A stretch of DNA of 64,000 nucleotides from Prochlorococcus sp. AG-347-L17. GTDB lineage: Bacteria; Cyanobacteriota; Cyanobacteriia; PCC-6307; Cyanobiaceae. Positions 60,301 through 64,000 of the stretch are shown piece by piece. Each line of letters starts with the position of its first letter. Position 1 is the first letter of the stretch. Location of the stretch: positions 19,742 to 83,741 of the forward strand of contig QCCN01000007.1 of assembly GCA_003278925.1 (NCBI GenBank), read 5' to 3'. Both the position numbers and the translations under genes were made by a program. Below the pieces are notes generated by a model. The model was not told the DNA's origin and did no database searches. It saw only the letters and a program-made list of their open reading frames with translations.

Positions 60301-60879
60301 AGATACCATTAAAGGTATATCAATATTTTTACTTTCTAGAATTTCTTTTGATGCTAATAAGGCAGATTTAATTTGTAAAACATCCTGACAAGTTTCAATC
60401 AAAAGAAGATCAACTCCTCCATCTATAAGACCATAAATTTGTTCTTTATATGATTGCTTTAATTCATCAAAATCTATATGTCCTAAGGTGGGTAATTTAG
60501 TTGTTGGCCCAATTGAACCTGCTACAAACCTTGGTTTATCAACTGATGAGTATTTTGCAGCAGCTTTTTTTGCTATATATGCTGCATTTTTATTTATCTC
60601 ATAAGCCTTATCTGCAATATCATATTCATCAAGAACTATTGATGAGGCACCAAATGTATTAGTTTCTATAACATGACAACCTGCTTCTAAAAATGAATTA
60701 TGAACCTTCTCAACTACCTCTGGCGATGATAAAACAAGGTTTTCATTACATCCCTCTAATTCTTTTCCTCCAAAGTCATCTGCAGTAAGATTTAAGTTCT
60801 GAAAAGATGTTCCAGTACCTCCGTCAAAAATAATTAATGGTTTTTCATCTCTATTTAAATAGGTTCTGAAAGATTCCAT
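57313..60879 (-). CDS. metH: B12-dependent methionine synthase
   Basis: GLNC, GGCCG, IVGERLN, DVHDIGKN cobalamin motif, RYSFGYPACP. Confidence 0.98.
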   Translation of the reverse strand: MESFRTYLNRDEKPLIIFDGGTGTSFQNLNLTADDFGGKELEGCNENLVLSSPEVVEKVHNSFLEAGCHVIETNTFGASSIVLDEYDIADKAYEINKNAAYIAKKAAAKYSSVDKPRFVAGSIGPTTKLPTLGHIDFDELKQSYKEQIYGLIDGGVDLLLIETCQDVLQIKSALLASKEILESKNIDIPLMVSITMETTGTMLVGSDIASALTILEPFNIDILGLNCATGPEQMKDHIKYLSENSPFAISCIPNAGLPENIGGVAHYRLKPIELKMQLMNFIYDFNVQLIGGCCGTTPEHIKNLSSIIDEIIDIERIHNNGKKNSSGFIPSASSIYNSVPYKQDNSILIVGERLNASGSKKVRELLNNDDWDGLVAIAKQQQKENAHVLDVNVDYVGRDGVKDMKEITSRLVTNINLPLMIDSTDADKMESGLKSAGGKCIINSTNYEDGNERFDQVLNLALGYGAGLVVGTIDEDGMARNSEKKYKIVKRAINRTRECGLSDYELFFDPLALPISTGIEEDRLNAKETISAILKIRENFPDIHIILGISNISFGLSPLSRINLNSIFLDECIKAGLDSAIIAPNKILPLSKISEETKKLCLDLIYDKRKFEDDICIYDPLVELTKAFQDLSIQDFKKASSENKNLTLEESLKNHIIDGEKIGLEDQLIKALKKYKPLEIINTFLLDGMKVVGDLFGSGQMQLPFVLQSAETMKFAVSILEPYMETVDENISNGKLLIATVKGDVHDIGKNLVDIILTNNGYDVINLGIKQDVSAIIDAQKKYNADCIAMSGLLVKSTAFMKDNLEAFNNENISVPVILGGAALTPKFVNEDCSKIYKGKILYGKDAFTDLKFMNEYMDNKKKGNWSNTEGFINNEGININLASSKSNSQAVKKSISINTKNSKLNLKENFIRSKFINEEDPIQAPFLGTKVLNDVDIDLNKLIFYLDTKALFSGQWQIKKGKNQSVDEYNNYLDSYAKPLLDKWLEIIIEKKLISPKAVYGYFRCGRKDNSIFLFDEKSLNKISQFSFPRQKSGNNLCIADFYCDMKNDKPIDIFPMQAVTMGDIASEYSQKLFKEDKYSDYLLFHGLTVQLAEALAEYVHALIRIECGFRSEEPDKNREILAQKYRGARYSFGYPACPKVSDSNIQLSLLDAKRINLTMDESEQLHPEQSTTAIISLHSKAKYFSA

Positions 60880-60897
60880 TTTTAGGTAAAAAATAAT

Positions 60898-61812
60898 TTA
60901 TTTTAGTGAAATTCTTGTTACCCAATTATCATAGTCTTGCGAACGACCTTCTGTTATTTCTATAAGCTTACTTTTTAATTTATTCATTATTGGTCTTTCA
61001 ACATTTAATTCAGTTGATTCAATTTTTTTAACTGGTGTAATTTTTGCTGCTGTACCTGTTAGAAAAACTTCATCTGCTATTAATAATTCTGTTTTATCAA
61101 CAGGCCTCTCAATTACATTTATTCCAAATGATTTTGCTAATTCAATTACACTAGCTCTAGTAATACCCTCAAGGATATCTTGATCAACACCAGGAGTGAT
61201 TAAGTCTCCATTCCTTACAATAAATAAATTCATACCACTAGCTTCGCTTACCTTACCACTTGAATTTAATAGCAGGGCTTCATCAAAACCCGATAAACTA
61301 GCTTCTGTTTTGGCTAATGAACTAGTAATATATGCTCCACTTATTTTTCCTCTTAAGGGGAGAGATCTATCTTCTTGCCTTGTCCAACTACTCATTCTAC
61401 AAGAAACGCCATCTGGGGATAGATAATCTCCTAGTTCAATACAATAAATAAAGAAATTTGTTTCAATATTGTGTAACCTTGGCGCTATACCTAAATCGCT
61501 TGTATATACAAATGGTCTTATATAAATAGGTTTTTCTGGCTTGTTTCTTTTTATAACTTCTTCTAAGGCTTTATAAATATATTCTTCAGAAATTTCATTT
61601 AAGAGTAATTTTGCACTTTGAGATAATCTTTTTATGTGTTTATCAGTTCTAAACAAAAGGAATTCTTCTTTGTTTGTTGGGTTAGGTATCGCTCGCATTC
61701 CTCCAAATGCAGCAGTACCGTAATGTAGTGCATGAGTAGCTATTGATATTTTTGCTTCTTTAAATGGAACACATTTACCTTCGAACCAGGCGTATGGAAG
61801 AAATTCATGCAT
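60898..61812 (-). CDS. ilvE: branched-chain amino acid aminotransferase
   Basis: HALHYGT, GFDEAL, SEASGMN, ILEGITR, FLTGTAA. Confidence 0.95.
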   Translation of the reverse strand: MHEFLPYAWFEGKCVPFKEAKISIATHALHYGTAAFGGMRAIPNPTNKEEFLLFRTDKHIKRLSQSAKLLLNEISEEYIYKALEEVIKRNKPEKPIYIRPFVYTSDLGIAPRLHNIETNFFIYCIELGDYLSPDGVSCRMSSWTRQEDRSLPLRGKISGAYITSSLAKTEASLSGFDEALLLNSSGKVSEASGMNLFIVRNGDLITPGVDQDILEGITRASVIELAKSFGINVIERPVDKTELLIADEVFLTGTAAKITPVKKIESTELNVERPIMNKLKSKLIEITEGRSQDYDNWVTRISLK

Positions 61813-61884
61813 ATTTAATTTATTTAATTAAGGTAAACTTGTTTTATCCTACTTACGTATTCTAAACCTTATTTATATATAAAA

Positions 61885-64000
61885 ATGCACAGGATATTAA
61901 ATATAGCAGGAAATGAAAAGAATAAGAATGATTTAATTGAGCAACCAGCTGCAGATTTTATTTTTATAACAAGTGTCAAGGCTGATTTAAATCTTATATC
62001 AAACTTATTGTTAGAAAAAGAATTTGCTTCATTAAAAAATAATATAAGGGCTTTAGAAATTTCTAATTTAAATTCCTCTGCTCAAATAGATAATTATTTA
62101 TTAAAAACAATAAATTATGCAAAAGTAGTCGTACTTAGAATATTTGGAGATAAAGGTACATGGAACTATGGAATTGAACAACTTTTAAATTGGCAAGCAG
62201 TTAATAAAAAAAGGAAGTTAGTAATCCTATCAGGTACCATTGACCAGGAAATTTCCTTATGTGAAATAAGTAGTATAGATAAAAATATTGCATTAAATAT
62301 TTCTAGATTACTAAGATCTGGAGGACTGGATAATTATAGAAAGTTTCTTAATTGTTTAAATTATTTAGTTGTAGATGAAAAATTAATTCCTGATGATTTA
62401 TTAAATATTACTTTTTATGCAGATCCATATTTACATGATTGGAAAAATGAAAGTGGCGAAAAGATAGGAATAATATCCTATAAATCACTTTTTTTGGCTA
62501 ATGAAATTGAAGTAAACGAAAAACTTAACTTGCAATTAAGAAAATGCGGATTATCTCCTAAAACATTTTTTATTTCAACACTAAAAGATCATATTATTCA
62601 GAAGAAATTAATAGAAATTTTTAAAAAAGAAGATATTAAACTGATAATTACCACAACTTCATTTTCTTCATCTCAAATCAAAAATAATGAATTAATTGAA
62701 AATTCAACAAATATTTTTACTTCTCTTAAAATTCCAATTTTACAGCTTCTTTCCTCTAATAGATCAAGAAAAAAGTGGTTAAATTCATCTATTGGAATGA
62801 ATTCATCTGATTTATTAATGCAAATAATTATTCCTGAATTTGATGGAAGAATTACTACCTGTCCTTCAGCATTTAAAGAAATAATTTCTAAGAAAAATAC
62901 ACTATATAGTGAAATAACTAGTTACAAAGCTGATCAAGTAGGTATTCAATGGATTTCAAAATTTGCAACAAATTATGTGAAACTTCAGAATCTTAATAAT
63001 TTTGATAAAAGAATTTGTTTAGTAATAAGTAATTATCCAGTAAAGAACGGAAGAATCGGTAATGGCGTTGGTCTAAATACACCATCCTCAATAATAAATA
63101 TTATTAATTGGTTAAGAGAAGAAGGTTATGACCTTGGATCTTGTAATTATCCACAAGATTCTTCGGAATTAATGTCAATGCTTATAAAAACTAGAACTAA
63201 TGATATTGAATCTCAAAATAATAAACCATTAGATTATTTACCACTTAATGAATATTTAAAATATTGGAATTATTTAGAAATTGATCCCAAAAATATTATT
63301 GTTAGTCGTTGGGGTAAACCATCTGATGCGATCGATCTAGATAATAAAGGTTTCTCAATAAATGGTATTAGATTTGGAAAAATAACATTATTAATTCAAC
63401 CTCAACGAGGTTATGACGCTTTCACTGATAGAGATATTCATTCTCCCGATCTTCCACCTCCCCATAGATATTTAGCACAATATTTTTGGATTGAAAAAGT
63501 TTTTAATGCTAATGCTATTTGCCATATTGGTAAACATGGGACTGTAGAATGGTTACCTGGTAAATCTATAGGTCTCAGCAATAAATGTTTTCCAAATATT
63601 ATTTGTCCAGCAATACCAAACATATATCCCTTTATCGTCAATGATCCAGGGGAAGGATCCCAAGCTAAAAGAAGAACTGCTGCAACTATTATAGATCATT
63701 TAACCCCTCCTTTGGATAGGTCAGAATTATATGGAAAATATTCAATATTAGAAAATTATTTAGACGAATATTTTGAAGCAAAATTATTAAATTCAAATCG
63801 GATTGAAATAATAGAAAATTCCATTTTTGAATTAATAAAAAAAGATTTTAGCGAAATTACTTTAAAGAATAAAAATAATCAAATAGAAGAAATTGATTCC
63901 TTTCTTTGCAAAATTAAAGAATCTCAAATTAGGACAGGTTTGCATATTTTTGGCAATAGGCAAAATGACATTAATGAAATAAATTTATTCTTGTGTATTG
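61885..64000 (+). CDS. cobN: cobaltochelatase subunit CobN (partial, runs off window end)
   Basis: Manual translation MHRILNIAGNE...; GNGVGLNTP, IQPQRGY, HIGKHGTVEWLPGK, DPGEGSQAKRR, IDHLTPP. Confidence 0.93.
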   Translation, partial: MHRILNIAGNEKNKNDLIEQPAADFIFITSVKADLNLISNLLLEKEFASLKNNIRALEISNLNSSAQIDNYLLKTINYAKVVVLRIFGDKGTWNYGIEQLLNWQAVNKKRKLVILSGTIDQEISLCEISSIDKNIALNISRLLRSGGLDNYRKFLNCLNYLVVDEKLIPDDLLNITFYADPYLHDWKNESGEKIGIISYKSLFLANEIEVNEKLNLQLRKCGLSPKTFFISTLKDHIIQKKLIEIFKKEDIKLIITTTSFSSSQIKNNELIENSTNIFTSLKIPILQLLSSNRSRKKWLNSSIGMNSSDLLMQIIIPEFDGRITTCPSAFKEIISKKNTLYSEITSYKADQVGIQWISKFATNYVKLQNLNNFDKRICLVISNYPVKNGRIGNGVGLNTPSSIINIINWLREEGYDLGSCNYPQDSSELMSMLIKTRTNDIESQNNKPLDYLPLNEYLKYWNYLEIDPKNIIVSRWGKPSDAIDLDNKGFSINGIRFGKITLLIQPQRGYDAFTDRDIHSPDLPPPHRYLAQYFWIEKVFNANAICHIGKHGTVEWLPGKSIGLSNKCFPNIICPAIPNIYPFIVNDPGEGSQAKRRTAATIIDHLTPPLDRSELYGKYSILENYLDEYFEAKLLNSNRIEIIENSIFELIKKDFSEITLKNKNNQIEEIDSFLCKIKESQIRTGLHIFGNRQNDINEINLFLCI

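Noticed and set aside
61813-61884. Cobalamin riboswitch near cobN/metH
   Set aside because: The intergenic space is too short and lacks B12-box sequences.

Overview
AT-rich picocyanobacterial chromosome segment. Gene content and protein sequences point to a high-light Prochlorococcus (inference). Most of the window is core genome: ABC-2 operon, tRNA-fMet, carB, tpiA/folP, chlH, dapB, mfd, fmt, tldD/E, acsF, psb30, rpmF, an ftsH paralogue, 2-Cys peroxiredoxin, clpS, tRNA-Met, trmL, cobU, metG, rpsR/rpmG, pheT, metH, ilvE and a partial cobN. Two accessory patches stand out. (1) About 40.6-44.6 kb: an AT-rich islet of sub-60-aa ORFs missed by the ORF track, two decaying pseudogenes, and a ribbon-helix-helix (RHH) gene bracketed by a perfect 13-bp inverted repeat. 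(2) About 53.6-55.7 kb: three copies of an unannotated 47-bp element with fixed internal spacing (one forward, two inverted). They surround a small exported Trp/Cys-rich protein gene and lie next to an RHH + J-domain fusion gene. Also notable: an FtsH whose HExxH zinc motif reads NEVGR, an RNase R-like protein lacking the catalytic aspartates, and a gene whose reading frame seems to need a non-AUG start. No CRISPR array, integrase or transposase is seen. Family names come from recalled motifs; no database search was run.
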